Source of the DNA: Bacillota bacterium
GTDB lineage: Bacteria; Bacillota; Clostridia; Peptostreptococcales; Anaerovoracaceae
Direction of reading: 5' to 3'
Length of the DNA stretch: 64,000 bases
Assembly (NCBI GenBank): GCA_017443515.1
Contig: JAFRXM010000024.1
Coordinates: forward strand, 12,031 to 76,030
Each line of letters begins with the position of its first letter. The first letter of the stretch is position 1. The notes beneath the pieces were generated by a model. That model was not told where the DNA came from, ran no database searches, and saw nothing but the letters and a program-made list of their open reading frames with translations. The translations under genes and the position numbers were made by a program. Of this stretch, positions 18,164 through 27,516 are shown piece by piece.

Positions 18164-18883
18164 TTACCCCCTTATGCAGCTTCCGCGGTCGTCACAGTCG
18201 TTCTTGCAGATGAGCCTGGGGAAGATGGTGCTCCTGTTGCCGGAAAGCCCTACCTTGCCGCCCTGTATCATGACGATCTCGTCCGCTATGGAAAGGATGC
18301 GCTCCTGGTGGGAAATGACTATGAGGGAGCAGTCGCGCCTGTCGCGGATCTCCTCGAAGACCCTGATGAGGTTGTTGAAGCTCCAGAGGTCTATGCCTGC
18401 CTCCGGCTCGTCGAACACTGCCACGCGCGCCTTGCGCAGAAGGACGGAGGCTATCTCTATCCTCTTGATCTCGCCGCCGGAGAGCTTGGTGTCGACCTGG
18501 CGGTCTATGTACTGCTCCGGCTGCACGCCGACGTTGCGCAGGACTTCGTCGAGCTCCGCGTCCGTAAGATTTCTGCCTGCCGAGAGGTTAAGCAGCTTGC
18601 GCACCGAGATACCTTTAAAACGCACTGGCTGCTGGAATGCGAAAGCAATGCCGGCCTTTGCCCTTTCTGTGGGGTCCAGGTCTGTTATATCCCGGCCGTC
18701 CAGTATGAGCTGCCCTTCGGTGGGAACGTTGATGCCGGCTATGACCTTGGCCAGCGAAGTCTTTCCGCCGCCGTTGGGGCCGGTGAGGACTATGAGTTTG
18801 CCGTCGGGGATGGTGAGGCTGATGTCATCCAGTATCTTGCGGGTCCCCTCCGGATCGAATGTGATGTTTTTGATTTCTAGCAT
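18164..18883 (-). CDS. SufC-like ABC ATPase
   Basis: Walker A GPNGGGKTS, signature LSGGEIKR, Walker B AVFDEPEAGID. Confidence 0.75.
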   Translation of the reverse strand: MLEIKNITFDPEGTRKILDDISLTIPDGKLIVLTGPNGGGKTSLAKVIAGINVPTEGQLILDGRDITDLDPTERAKAGIAFAFQQPVRFKGISVRKLLNLSAGRNLTDAELDEVLRNVGVQPEQYIDRQVDTKLSGGEIKRIEIASVLLRKARVAVFDEPEAGIDLWSFNNLIRVFEEIRDRRDCSLIVISHQERILSIADEIVMIQGGKVGLSGNRSTIFPRLICKNDCDDRGSCIRG

Positions 18884-18908
18884 TTATGTTTTTCCTGATC
18901 GATAGATC

Positions 18909-18934
18909 GTGACAGAGAACCGTCCCCTTGTCAC
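18909..18934 (-). repeat. loop-conserved hairpin repeat, GTGACA-stem class (copy C)
   Basis: GTGACA-GAGAACCGTCCCCT-TGTCAC. The transketolase C-subunit stop (18931-18933) is the TGA of the stem. Confidence 0.9.
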
Positions 18935-19860
18935 AGTACGCTTTTTATTTTTGCGATTATGCTGTCCGTGTCCAGGCCGTAGGCTTTCATGAGGTCCGGA
19001 AGATCGCCGGACTGGCCGAACCGGTCCATGATGGCAGCGTGCGCAAACTTTATGTTCCGGCCCAGCAGAGTATAGGCGACAGCTTCGCCAAGACCGCCCA
19101 TAACGTTAGCATCCTCTACTACCACCACTCTGCCGCCGCACTTTTCAGCCGCGGCGATGATGCCTTCTGTATCAAGCGGCTTTATGGTGTGCACATTTAC
19201 GACTTCGGCTTCTATGCCTTCGGCCGCGAGCTTTTCCGCTGCCTCCATGACGTAGGAGTTCATGACGCCGGTAGCGATCACCGCTACATCTTTGCCCTTG
19301 CGCAGGGTCTGCACCTTATAGGGGACGAACGGCTCGTCCTCGGATGTGAGTATGGGCGTTGCTATCCTTGCCGTGCGCATGTATACGGGGCCGTTGATAT
19401 TGTACATGGCCTCCACCATCTTCTTTGCCTGGTTGTAGTCGCAGGGGCTGAAAATGGTCATGTTGGGAAGCACGCGCATGATGGCGATGTCTTCTATTGC
19501 CTGGTGCGAGCCGCCGTCCGCCGCCGATGTGAGGCCGCTGTGGCTTCCTACCAGCTTGACGTTTATATTCGAATAGCATATGCTGTTGCGCACTATCTCG
19601 AAGGCTCTGCCCGGGCAGAATACCGCGAACGACGCCGCAAAAGGCACCAGCCCCACGCGCGCCATACCGGCCGCCATGCCCAGCATGTTGGCCTCGGCTA
19701 TACCTGCGTTGGTATGCCTTTCGGGGAACTTCTTAGCGAATTCCTTGGTGCCTACGCTGCCGCAAAGATCTGCGTCCAGCGCCACCACGTTGCTGTATTT
19801 TCCGGCAAGCTCCGCAAGACCTGCTCCGTAACCCTGACGGGTAGCTTTCATATCTGCCAT
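18931..19860 (-). CDS. transketolase, C-terminal (pyrimidine-binding) subunit
   Basis: 309 aa: TRQGYGAGLAELAGKY...LDADLCGSVGT...NAGIAEANMLGMAAG. Confidence 0.85.
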   Translation of the reverse strand: MADMKATRQGYGAGLAELAGKYSNVVALDADLCGSVGTKEFAKKFPERHTNAGIAEANMLGMAAGMARVGLVPFAASFAVFCPGRAFEIVRNSICYSNINVKLVGSHSGLTSAADGGSHQAIEDIAIMRVLPNMTIFSPCDYNQAKKMVEAMYNINGPVYMRTARIATPILTSEDEPFVPYKVQTLRKGKDVAVIATGVMNSYVMEAAEKLAAEGIEAEVVNVHTIKPLDTEGIIAAAEKCGGRVVVVEDANVMGGLGEAVAYTLLGRNIKFAHAAIMDRFGQSGDLPDLMKAYGLDTDSIIAKIKSVL

Positions 19861-20667
19861 TTACCTGCCCTCCAGTTCCGCTACTGCCTGCTCGCACTGC
19901 TCCGGCTTGGGTGCGTTGCCGTGCCAGCCTGCCTGATTCTCCATGAACGATACGCCCTTGCCCTTTACCGTTTCGGCAACGATGGCATGCGGCTTTCCTT
20001 CGTATTTTTTGTCCAGCGCCGCAAGGAGCTGCTCAAAGTCGTGGCCGTCCACTACGTCCACAGCAAATCCGAAGGCCTCGAACTTGGCGGCAACGTCCTT
20101 AAGGCTCATGACGTCGTCAACCTTGCCGTCTATCTGAAGTCCGTTGTGGTCCAGGATGACGGTGAGATTGTCCAGCTTATAATGGGCAGCCGCCATGAAA
20201 GCCTCCCAGCAAAGGCCTTCCTGAAGCTCGCCGTCGCCGTCCACGCAGTAGACCTGCCAGGGCTTGCCCTGTATCTTGAAGCCCCTTGCCATGCCCACCG
20301 CTACCGACGCGCCCTGGCCAAGAGACCCTGTGGTGCAATCCACGCCGGGAAGCTTGGCGCTGTCCGGGTGGCCCTGAAGGTGGCTTCCGAACTTTCTGAG
20401 CGTCCAGAGATCCTCTTTGGGGAAGTATCCCTTGTCGGCCAGCACCGCGTAAAGAGCCGGCGCCGCGTGGCCTTTTGAGAGCACGCAGACGTCGTGTTCG
20501 CCGGGCGCCGCGTCCACGCTGGTATTCATTTTAGAATAATATAGTGCGACCAGTATGTCCGTCACCGAGAGCGATCCGCCCGGGTGTCCGGAACCGGCCA
20601 GAGTTATCATTTTGACCTCGTCTATCCTCAGCTGACGGGCTTTTTCCTGAAGTTCTCTGATTGTCAT
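19861..20667 (-). CDS. transketolase, N-terminal (TPP-binding) subunit
   Basis: MTIRELQEKARQLRIDEVKMI...GSGHPGGSLS...VLSKGHAAPALY...DGDGELQEG. A GGAGG RBS precedes the ATG at 20667. Confidence 0.85.
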   Translation of the reverse strand: MTIRELQEKARQLRIDEVKMITLAGSGHPGGSLSVTDILVALYYSKMNTSVDAAPGEHDVCVLSKGHAAPALYAVLADKGYFPKEDLWTLRKFGSHLQGHPDSAKLPGVDCTTGSLGQGASVAVGMARGFKIQGKPWQVYCVDGDGELQEGLCWEAFMAAAHYKLDNLTVILDHNGLQIDGKVDDVMSLKDVAAKFEAFGFAVDVVDGHDFEQLLAALDKKYEGKPHAIVAETVKGKGVSFMENQAGWHGNAPKPEQCEQAVAELEGR

Positions 20668-20764
20668 TAGTTCCTCCGTTCCGCCGTAAAAAAGCACTAT
20701 TATTGTATCACTTATGGGCTGTTTTGAAAAGGCATATAACGGGGGCGCGAGATAAAAACTGTGA

Positions 20765-20793
20765 TTGCTAAGATGCCGCAAAAGCTATATAAT
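20765..20793 (+). promoter_or_regulatory. candidate promoter of the MFS gene
   Basis: TTGCTA (20765-20770), a 17-nt spacer, then TATAAT (20788-20793). Confidence 0.45.
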
Positions 20794-20833
20794 TAATTGT
20801 TAGCTTATCAGTCCGGCGGAAAGGAGAACGCTT

Positions 20834-22054
20834 ATGGCAGCGGAATACAAAGTCCCCGAAAAACTGTGGAACAAGGGCTTTATACTGCTCTTTATAGCAA
20901 ACCTGTTCATGCACATGGGGCAGCAGACGATAACCACCCTGGTACCAAAATACGCTTCGGCCATGGGAGCCGCGGCTACGATAGTAGGCGTCGCCAGCAG
21001 CGCGTTCGCCATCTCTGCGCTCCTGTCGAAACCGTTCACGAGCCCTGCATTCAGCTGCGTCAACAAAAGGAACCTGCTGATACTGTCGGCAATAATATAC
21101 CTCGTGGCTTACGTGGTGTTCTACATCGCGCCCTCCCCGGGCTGGCTCATAGCGGGCCGTCTGCTGCAGGGCATAGGAACAGGCATAGCGGCTCCGGTAT
21201 CTTTAAGCCTTGCCTGCGACAACATACCCGAAGGGAGCTTCTCCAAAGGCGTGAGCATGTTCTCGCTGGGACAGGCCTTCGGACAGGCTGTAGGACCGAG
21301 CGTTGGTCTTTCCTTAAGCCGCAGCATAGGCTACAAGAACACATTTATAATATGCTTCATAGCCATGGCCATCTGCCTGGTGCTGTGCTTCTTCGTAAGC
21401 GGCAAACCGCCTGCCGAAGGAGCGAAATACCGCATCCGCCTGGATACTATCATAGACAAGCGCGCGCTTCCCACAGCCGTCACCATGACCTTCATAACCA
21501 TGGCCTACGCGTGCATCCCCAGCTTCCTGGCGATATACGGCGAGCTTCTGGGGATAGACCAGATCGGCCTGTACTTCACCGTATACGCCATAGCCATACT
21601 GGTGCTGCGCTTCGCTACAGGAGGCCTTGCGGACCGTTTCGGCTACAGGCTGGTGCTGGTGGCTTCACTGGTGTGCTTCGGCATCACCTTCCTGATGTTC
21701 TCCATTTCCAGGAGCCTGGTCGGATTCATTATAGCGGCGCTGTTCTCAGCCCTTGGCTACGGCATAACGCTTCCGAACATCCAGGCGCTTTGTATGTCGT
21801 CCGTGCCTGCTGACAGAAGAGGCGTGGCGAGCAACACCATGTACTTCTTCCAGGACATCGGCCAGTCGGTCGGCCCGTGGCTTGCGGGCATGCTTATAGA
21901 CGCCCTGATCCTGGCGCACAGCGTCACCAAGGGCAGCCCCACCGCGGAAGACAAGATCTACGCTTACTCCACCACCTACCTGGCTGTCATCGCGTGCATA
22001 GCGATAGCCATCGCGCTGGTGATCATCATAACCAAAAAGAAGAAAGAGAAATAA
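20834..22054 (+). CDS. MFS transporter
   Basis: 406 aa with about 12 hydrophobic segments. Has an MFS loop motif (GGLADRFGYR). Confidence 0.75.
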   Translation: MAAEYKVPEKLWNKGFILLFIANLFMHMGQQTITTLVPKYASAMGAAATIVGVASSAFAISALLSKPFTSPAFSCVNKRNLLILSAIIYLVAYVVFYIAPSPGWLIAGRLLQGIGTGIAAPVSLSLACDNIPEGSFSKGVSMFSLGQAFGQAVGPSVGLSLSRSIGYKNTFIICFIAMAICLVLCFFVSGKPPAEGAKYRIRLDTIIDKRALPTAVTMTFITMAYACIPSFLAIYGELLGIDQIGLYFTVYAIAILVLRFATGGLADRFGYRLVLVASLVCFGITFLMFSISRSLVGFIIAALFSALGYGITLPNIQALCMSSVPADRRGVASNTMYFFQDIGQSVGPWLAGMLIDALILAHSVTKGSPTAEDKIYAYSTTYLAVIACIAIAIALVIIITKKKKEK

Positions 22055-22061
22055 TATACAC

Positions 22062-22784
22062 ATGAAAATTGCAGGAATACAGAAATTAACGCTTTTAGAC
22101 TTCCCGGGGCGCTGCGCCGCGACTATATTCACACCAGGATGCAATCTGCGCTGTCCGTTCTGCCACAACGCTTCGCTGGTAGACCCCAGCTACGTTCAGC
22201 AGACCATAGAGCACAACGAGCTCATAGAGCCTGAAGAGGTCCTGGAGTTCTTAAAGGAACGATTCGGAAGGCTCACAGGCCTTGCCGTAACAGGAGGAGA
22301 GCCCCTGATGCAGCCCGGTATCATGGAGTTCCTGCAAAAAGTAAAGGAGCTTGGCTACGCCGTAAAGCTCGACACCAACGGCACCAACCCCGAAAGGCTG
22401 CGCGCTCTGCTGTCTGCGGGCATAGTGGATTACGTCGCCATGGACTTTAAAAACTGCCGCGAAAAGTACGCTCTTACCACCGGGATCTCCGAAAGCTCCG
22501 CGGCCATACTCTACGAAAGCACCCTGCTGTCGGCTGATTTCATCAAAAAAAGTGGCGTGGAATATGAATTCCGCACCACTGTTGTAAAGCAGTTCCACAC
22601 CGTGGACGATATACGCGCCATAGCCAGGGCTCTGGCCGGCGTTCCGAAGTATTTCCTGCAGTGTTTCGAGGATTCCGGCGACATTCTCGGCGGCGAGTAC
22701 GCTGCCTGCAGCAAGGAAACGATGCACGAGATGCTGGCAGCCGCCCGGGAGTTCGTCCCGAACGCGCAGCTAAGAGGCATGTAA
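22062..22784 (+). CDS. nrdG: anaerobic ribonucleotide reductase activating protein
   Basis: MKIAGIQKLTLLDFPGRCAATIFTPGCNLRCPFCHN carries a radical-SAM CxxxCxxC. Also GLAVTGGEPL. Confidence 0.85.
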   Translation: MKIAGIQKLTLLDFPGRCAATIFTPGCNLRCPFCHNASLVDPSYVQQTIEHNELIEPEEVLEFLKERFGRLTGLAVTGGEPLMQPGIMEFLQKVKELGYAVKLDTNGTNPERLRALLSAGIVDYVAMDFKNCREKYALTTGISESSAAILYESTLLSADFIKKSGVEYEFRTTVVKQFHTVDDIRAIARALAGVPKYFLQCFEDSGDILGGEYAACSKETMHEMLAAAREFVPNAQLRGM

Positions 22785-22810
22785 GATCCGGCTCCGGCCG
22801 GATCTTTTTA
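22784..22810. terminator. bidirectional intrinsic terminator
   Basis: AGATCCGGC-TCCG-GCCGGATCT is followed by TTTTTA and preceded by A-rich sequence. It lies between the convergent genes nrdG and the lipoprotein gene. Confidence 0.7.
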
Positions 22811-23389
22811 TAGTATCCTGGCGTTCCTCAGTATGCAGTAGGTGGATTCGTCCTCCTCGTAGATGTCGAAGACGCCCTCCACTGTTATTGGAGTATCCTC
22901 CGCCGGGTACTTCCCTTCAGCGAGCTCGAACTCAAAGCCCTGCGAGCAGCAGCCCATGGCGTCGCGCATGAAACAGCTGTTGTACACCTTGTCAGTATCC
23001 GGATCCGTGAAGACGTACATGGTGCCCTTCATCCTTATTGTCTCGCCCACATACTCCGCGGGCGCGGCCACCATGTTGAACACCTCCGCGAACAGCATGT
23101 TTCCGGTAAGTCCGGTGATGTCGAACACCTCGTCCAGGTTTTTGACGTGCTCCATGTAGCCGGTATCGATAAAGCCGTCACCCGAAGACGCGTCGCCCTG
23201 GTCCGGGGCATCCGAAGGCTGGGCGGCATTGCCCTGGCCGTCGTAGGCCTGCATGCCCGCCTGCAGAACGTCTTCCACGGTATTCTGAGTTTTTACCGGT
23301 CTGGTCTTAGATGTCTGGCCGCCGCAGGCAGTAAGCCCCAAAACAAGCGCCAGGACCAGCAGCGCGCAGACCGTTTTCTTACAGATCAT
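22808..23389 (-). CDS. Cys-rich lipoprotein (CCSQG motif), paralog of 5908-6348
   Basis: Lipobox in MICKKTVCALLVLALVLGLTACGG. The C-terminal domain NSCFMRDAMGCCSQGFEF...YCILRNARIL aligns with the znu-linked paralog. Confidence 0.65.
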   Translation of the reverse strand: MICKKTVCALLVLALVLGLTACGGQTSKTRPVKTQNTVEDVLQAGMQAYDGQGNAAQPSDAPDQGDASSGDGFIDTGYMEHVKNLDEVFDITGLTGNMLFAEVFNMVAAPAEYVGETIRMKGTMYVFTDPDTDKVYNSCFMRDAMGCCSQGFEFELAEGKYPAEDTPITVEGVFDIYEEDESTYCILRNARIL

Positions 23390-23485
23390 AGCCCGTCCTC
23401 TGCAGCAAAAATACCTTCTACTACAGAATACCATATTTTCAGCCGGCTTGCACCTGATTTATGAGATCCGGGATCGTCCCTGGTT

Positions 23486-25018
23486 TCATGCGGTCTTCTT
23501 CGCTCCGGCGCTTCTTATCACGAGGAGAGTGCCGGCCATCAGCACTATGCCTATGATAAGGGATATCGCGGCGTTCTTTACGAATCCTGCTATCACATAG
23601 CTGACGAAGGACACCGCCGCCACCGTAAGAGCGTAAGGCAGCTGGGTGTTGACGTGGCTTATGTGCTCGCACTGCGCTCCGGCCGAGGCCATGATCGTTG
23701 TATCGGAGATGGGGCTGCAGTGGTCGCCGCAGACGGCTCCTGCCATGCAGGCTGCAACAGCCATCACCATCATCGGGTTGGTGATATCGTTCTTGAACAC
23801 ATTGGCTGCGATCGGGATCAGTATGCCGAAAGTTCCCCAGGAAGTACCGGTAGCGAACGCGATAACTGTCGCTATCACGAACACTATAGCCGGCAGCAGG
23901 CTCATTATGGCGTCCTTGTCGGCGAAGCTCTTTACGAAGTTCTCCACGAAGACGTCGGAACCCAGCGAGCTGGTCATGGACTTAAGGGTCCAGGCGAAGG
24001 TAAGGATCAGTATCGCGGGCACCATGGACTTAAAGCCCTCGGGGATAGCGTTCATGCACTCCTTGAAGTTCAGGACCCTTGTGCAGAGGTAGAAGATGAC
24101 GGTTATCACCAGCGCCACCACGGAACCGAACATCAGGCCCACGGAAGCGTCGGAATTAGCGAACGCCGCGGAGAAGCTCTCGCCCTCGAAGAATCTGCCT
24201 GTGTAGATCATGCCGATGACGCACGCCACGATAAGGATGATTATCGGCAGTATGAGGTGAATGACTCTGCCCTTCTGGCTTACCGGGGGATTCGGCTGGT
24301 CTTCCGCACCGGTCATGGAGGACTGCGGCATGGGATCGTCGGCCTTGCTGAGCTTTCCGCTCATCTCAGCCAGCTTCATGGGGCCGTAGTCGAACTTGCC
24401 GATGGAGAGCACCAGCATCATCACTATGGTCAGCAGAGCGTAGAAATTAAAGGGTATGGCTTTGATGAAGAGCTCCAGGCCGTTGACGCCGTCCACGGAA
24501 CCCGTAACAGCGGCCGCCCACGAAGAGATAGGCGCTATTATGCAGACAGGAGCCGCCGTAGCGTCGATCAGATACGCAAGCTTTTGCCTGGAGATGCCGT
24601 GCTTATCGGTAAGAGGCCTCATTACAGAACCTACGGTGAGGCAGTTGAAATAGTCGTCGATGAAGATGAGTATTCCTAGGATCATGGTGGCTATCTGAGC
24701 GCCCAGCTTGGTCTTGACATGAGCCACAGACCAGCGCCCGAACGCGGCCGAGCCTCCGGCGCGGTTCATAAGCATCACCATGCCGCCCAGAACTACCAGG
24801 AACACCAGAATTCCAACGTTCCAGCCGTCAGAAAGCTGCGCCACCATGCCGTCCACGAACACGTGGTTCAGCACGCCTGAAAGCGAGAAGCCCGCAAACA
24901 GCACGCCTCCCACCAGGATACCGATAAACAGGGAGGAATAGACCTCCTTGGTGATCAGCGCCAGCACAATAGCAACAAGTGCCGGAAACAGCGACCACGC
25001 AGTGTTGATAACGTCCAT
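23486..25018 (-). CDS. NhaC-family Na+/H+ antiporter-type transporter (candidate lysine transporter)
   Basis: Polytopic membrane protein. An AAAGGAG RBS precedes the ATG at 25018. The 22 extra codons in the ORF-track call are the riboswitch terminator. Confidence 0.75.
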   Translation of the reverse strand: MDVINTAWSLFPALVAIVLALITKEVYSSLFIGILVGGVLFAGFSLSGVLNHVFVDGMVAQLSDGWNVGILVFLVVLGGMVMLMNRAGGSAAFGRWSVAHVKTKLGAQIATMILGILIFIDDYFNCLTVGSVMRPLTDKHGISRQKLAYLIDATAAPVCIIAPISSWAAAVTGSVDGVNGLELFIKAIPFNFYALLTIVMMLVLSIGKFDYGPMKLAEMSGKLSKADDPMPQSSMTGAEDQPNPPVSQKGRVIHLILPIIILIVACVIGMIYTGRFFEGESFSAAFANSDASVGLMFGSVVALVITVIFYLCTRVLNFKECMNAIPEGFKSMVPAILILTFAWTLKSMTSSLGSDVFVENFVKSFADKDAIMSLLPAIVFVIATVIAFATGTSWGTFGILIPIAANVFKNDITNPMMVMAVAACMAGAVCGDHCSPISDTTIMASAGAQCEHISHVNTQLPYALTVAAVSFVSYVIAGFVKNAAISLIIGIVLMAGTLLVIRSAGAKKTA

Positions 25019-25050
25019 AATAACTCCTTTCGGCGCCTTAGCGCCCCGCG

Positions 25051-25088
25051 AAATAATAAAAAGACCGGTCATGATATCCATCATGACC
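25051..25088 (-). terminator. expression-platform terminator of the lysine riboswitch
   Basis: On the minus strand, GGTCATGAT-GGAT-ATCATGACC is followed by GGTCTTTTTATTATTT. Confidence 0.75.
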
Positions 25089-25108
25089 AGCCTGAGGTTC
25101 CAGCGCTA

Positions 25109-25275
25109 TTCATGACAGCTCTCCGCGCCTGTAGCGCGACAGTCCGCAGAGTATTTCCCTGCGTCCCAGGTGCCCTTTGCAGCCATTCCGACTACTTAAG
25201 ACCCTTCGGCGGCATCCCCTTTCCGCGGCGCCTATATTGCGCCTGCGTACTCTTGTCAGCCGCAGCCTCTATCAT
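25109..25275 (-). promoter_or_regulatory. lysine riboswitch (L-box) aptamer
   Basis: The minus-strand RNA has GAUAGAGGCUGCG...CAAGAGUACGC...GGAAAGGGGAUGCCGCCGAAG...GUCGGAAUGGCUG...GAGAGCUGUCAUGAA. This matches the conserved blocks of the B. subtilis lysC leader (AUAGAGGUGCG, CAAGAGUA, GAAAGGGGA, CGCCGAAG, GGCUGUCA). Confidence 0.85.
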
Positions 25276-25286
25276 AACTATGCACT

Positions 25287-25314
25287 TATTATAGATTATT
25301 CTGTTGTATTGTCA
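25287..25314 (-). promoter_or_regulatory. promoter of the riboswitch-nhaC unit
   Basis: On the minus strand: TTGACA (25314-25309), a 16-nt spacer, then TATAAT (25292-25287). Confidence 0.65.
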
Positions 25315-25350
25315 ATAGAAAGTTTGATCTCAAGCCTCGCGCCAAGAGCC

Positions 25351-26283
25351 TTACTTCTTATTTTTCTCTTTGGCCCTCTTGTCGTTGATTATCTGCATGT
25401 GTTCCGCGGTGACAAGCTCCACGCCGTTTTCCTTAGCCCAGTCTACGCAGCCCTTAAGCACCAGCGGCAGGAACACGCGGGGCACGTTGAGTATGGTCTT
25501 AAGAGCGTCGTCCGTGAACTTCACCTTGTCGTCCGCCCTGTCCGCGGCGTAGCGCACGGAATCCAGGCTGGCCTCCCTTATGGGCAGCAGCTCGGCCCGC
25601 ATGCGGCGCTTTCTGTGGAACCAGAAGTTCTTGCTGTCGCGGTAGCCGTAGTCCACCGGAAGCGGCGGGAAGTCTGCGGCCTGCACCCCGCGGATTATGG
25701 CGTCGCTGTACTGCTTTTTCATAAGGATGCGGTCTATGCGCAGTATGAAGTGCGCCCCGAACTTGCTCGTGATCCCGTTGAAATCGTGGTACGGCGGCTC
25801 GTAGCCGTTGAGCTCGCCGGCCCTGTCGGACGCGGCGCCGTCAAGCTCTCTCATCCAGGTGCATTCTATTACCTGTATGGCATCGCTTACGACCTGCGGT
25901 CTGGGCTCCCCGGTCTCTTCTTCGATCTGGCTCTTTTCCAGGCGGAAACTGCACTTAGGCATCTTCTCCTGCGGAGTGTCGCCGGGCCATGACAGCTTTA
26001 CGGCTTCCTTGAAGGTGGCCGGCTTGTCGTCTATGAAGTTGATGGCGCACTTTCCGGTGCGAAGTATGTTCTGTGCGGTGTTGGAAGAGTTGCGGCACTG
26101 CAGCAGCATGGCGTAGTAGTCCTTGCCGGCCACATAGTAGGGCTGCACCAGGGAATACGGCCCCAAGTTGGTCATCCCGTCCTCGCACAGCGTGCTGATC
26201 ACGACTGTTGGCATGGGGAAAAACAGCGATGTCTGATAAAAGTTGTCTACGATGCGTAAGTTCTCGAAACTGCTCATGATCAT
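25351..26283 (-). CDS. flavin reductase-like (FMN-binding split-barrel) protein with a C-terminal extension
   Basis: The N-terminal PMPTVVISTLCEDGMTNLGPYSL pattern resembles flavin reductase domains. The protein is 310 aa, with about 150 aa of unassigned C-terminus. Confidence 0.5.
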   Translation of the reverse strand: MIMSSFENLRIVDNFYQTSLFFPMPTVVISTLCEDGMTNLGPYSLVQPYYVAGKDYYAMLLQCRNSSNTAQNILRTGKCAINFIDDKPATFKEAVKLSWPGDTPQEKMPKCSFRLEKSQIEEETGEPRPQVVSDAIQVIECTWMRELDGAASDRAGELNGYEPPYHDFNGITSKFGAHFILRIDRILMKKQYSDAIIRGVQAADFPPLPVDYGYRDSKNFWFHRKRRMRAELLPIREASLDSVRYAADRADDKVKFTDDALKTILNVPRVFLPLVLKGCVDWAKENGVELVTAEHMQIINDKRAKEKNKK

Positions 26284-26310
26284 ATCTCCTTAAAATTTCT
26301 GCCGGCTGTT

Positions 26311-26835
26311 TCAAAGCCGGACGAATAGTCTTTCCAGCAGCTTGTACTGATCCTCGAAGCTGCGTCCTGCTATGGTCCAGGTAAGTATGGATTCTGCAGT
26401 AAATTCCGCCAGGAAGTTCTCGTCCTCTGCCTGCCCTTTGCATACCGGAAGTATGGCCTCCGATACCTGGGCCCTGAGCATCCTGTGACGCTGCGCAAAG
26501 CCCGTAGTAAACGGCCCGAACGCGCTCTTATCGTAGAATAGCGCACCGTGCTCTTCGATGAAGCGCTTAAGGCAAATGCTTATATTCTCAAGGAAAGCCT
26601 TGCGGTCTGTTGCCGGAAAGGCTTTCATCTGCCCCAGGCAGTTCTGCCAGTCTTCCACCATGAACGACGCTATCAGCATGTCTTTGGAGCTGAAGTAGTT
26701 GTACACCGTACCGGTGCCCACCCCGCAGGCTTTGGCTATGGAGCGGATCGTGGTCTCGGCGTAGCCGTGCTCTTCTATCTGGCGCCTGGCCTCAAAAAGC
26801 AGTTTTTCCCTCAGGTTTTCTATGATCTTAGGCAT
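26311..26835 (-). CDS. TetR/AcrR-family regulator
   Basis: HTH: TTIRSIAKACGVGTGTVYNYFSSKDML. Confidence 0.8.
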   Translation of the reverse strand: MPKIIENLREKLLFEARRQIEEHGYAETTIRSIAKACGVGTGTVYNYFSSKDMLIASFMVEDWQNCLGQMKAFPATDRKAFLENISICLKRFIEEHGALFYDKSAFGPFTTGFAQRHRMLRAQVSEAILPVCKGQAEDENFLAEFTAESILTWTIAGRSFEDQYKLLERLFVRL

Positions 26836-26859
26836 TGATCTGCTCCTTCCGGCTATGGG

Positions 26860-27501
26860 CTAAAAGCTCTCTGCCCACTTCTTGCAGGTATCTACGGTCT
26901 TCTGCGGGCTGTGAGCCCACTCATCAGCGCCTATGTTAAGGCACGCGTCGGCGCTCACCGGGGCACCGCCGATGATGACCTTCACGTCCAGACCGGCAGC
27001 CTTCAACTCTTCCACGGTCTTCTTCATGGAATCCAGGGCCAGCGTCAGAACACCTGAAAGCGCCACGATCTTAATATTCTCGGCCTTCGCGGTATCGACG
27101 ATCTTTTCCGGCGGACAATCTATGCCAAGATCCAGCACCTCAAAACCGTTGGCCTCGAGCATGGAGCGCACTATGTTCTTGCCTATGTCATGAAGGTCGC
27201 CTTTTACGGTACAAAGTATCATGCGGGTCTTAAGGCCACTGCCGCCACCTTCGACAAGAGCGCTTTTAAGCGTATTTACCGCTTCTGTCATAAGCTCCCC
27301 GGCGTAGATGAGATCTCCTACGAAATACTCTCCTTCCTCGAAAAGCTTTCCTACGGTGTCCATGCCTTTCTGGCACGCCTCCATAGCCTTTGGGGCGTCT
27401 GATCCGCCTTCCGTCATGACCTGGTCCAGCAGGTCCTTTACCGTGTCTTCGTCCAGCTCGCCCATTGCTTCGGCAAGCGCATCAAAATCTACCATTTCCA
27501 C
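26860..27501 (-). CDS. cobalamin-binding corrinoid protein
   Basis: B12-binding DxHxxG (GDLHDIGKNIV) and GVLTLAL...IIGGAP. An N-terminal helical cap is present. Confidence 0.8.
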   Translation of the reverse strand: MEMVDFDALAEAMGELDEDTVKDLLDQVMTEGGSDAPKAMEACQKGMDTVGKLFEEGEYFVGDLIYAGELMTEAVNTLKSALVEGGGSGLKTRMILCTVKGDLHDIGKNIVRSMLEANGFEVLDLGIDCPPEKIVDTAKAENIKIVALSGVLTLALDSMKKTVEELKAAGLDVKVIIGGAPVSADACLNIGADEWAHSPQKTVDTCKKWAESF

Positions 27502-27516
27502 TCCTCCAATATACTA

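Noticed and set aside
25019-25084. An N-terminal extension (MMDIMTGLFIISRGAKAPKGVI) of the NhaC-family ORF.
   Set aside because: This stretch is the riboswitch terminator stem and U-tract. A good RBS (AAAGGAG) precedes the internal ATG at 25018.
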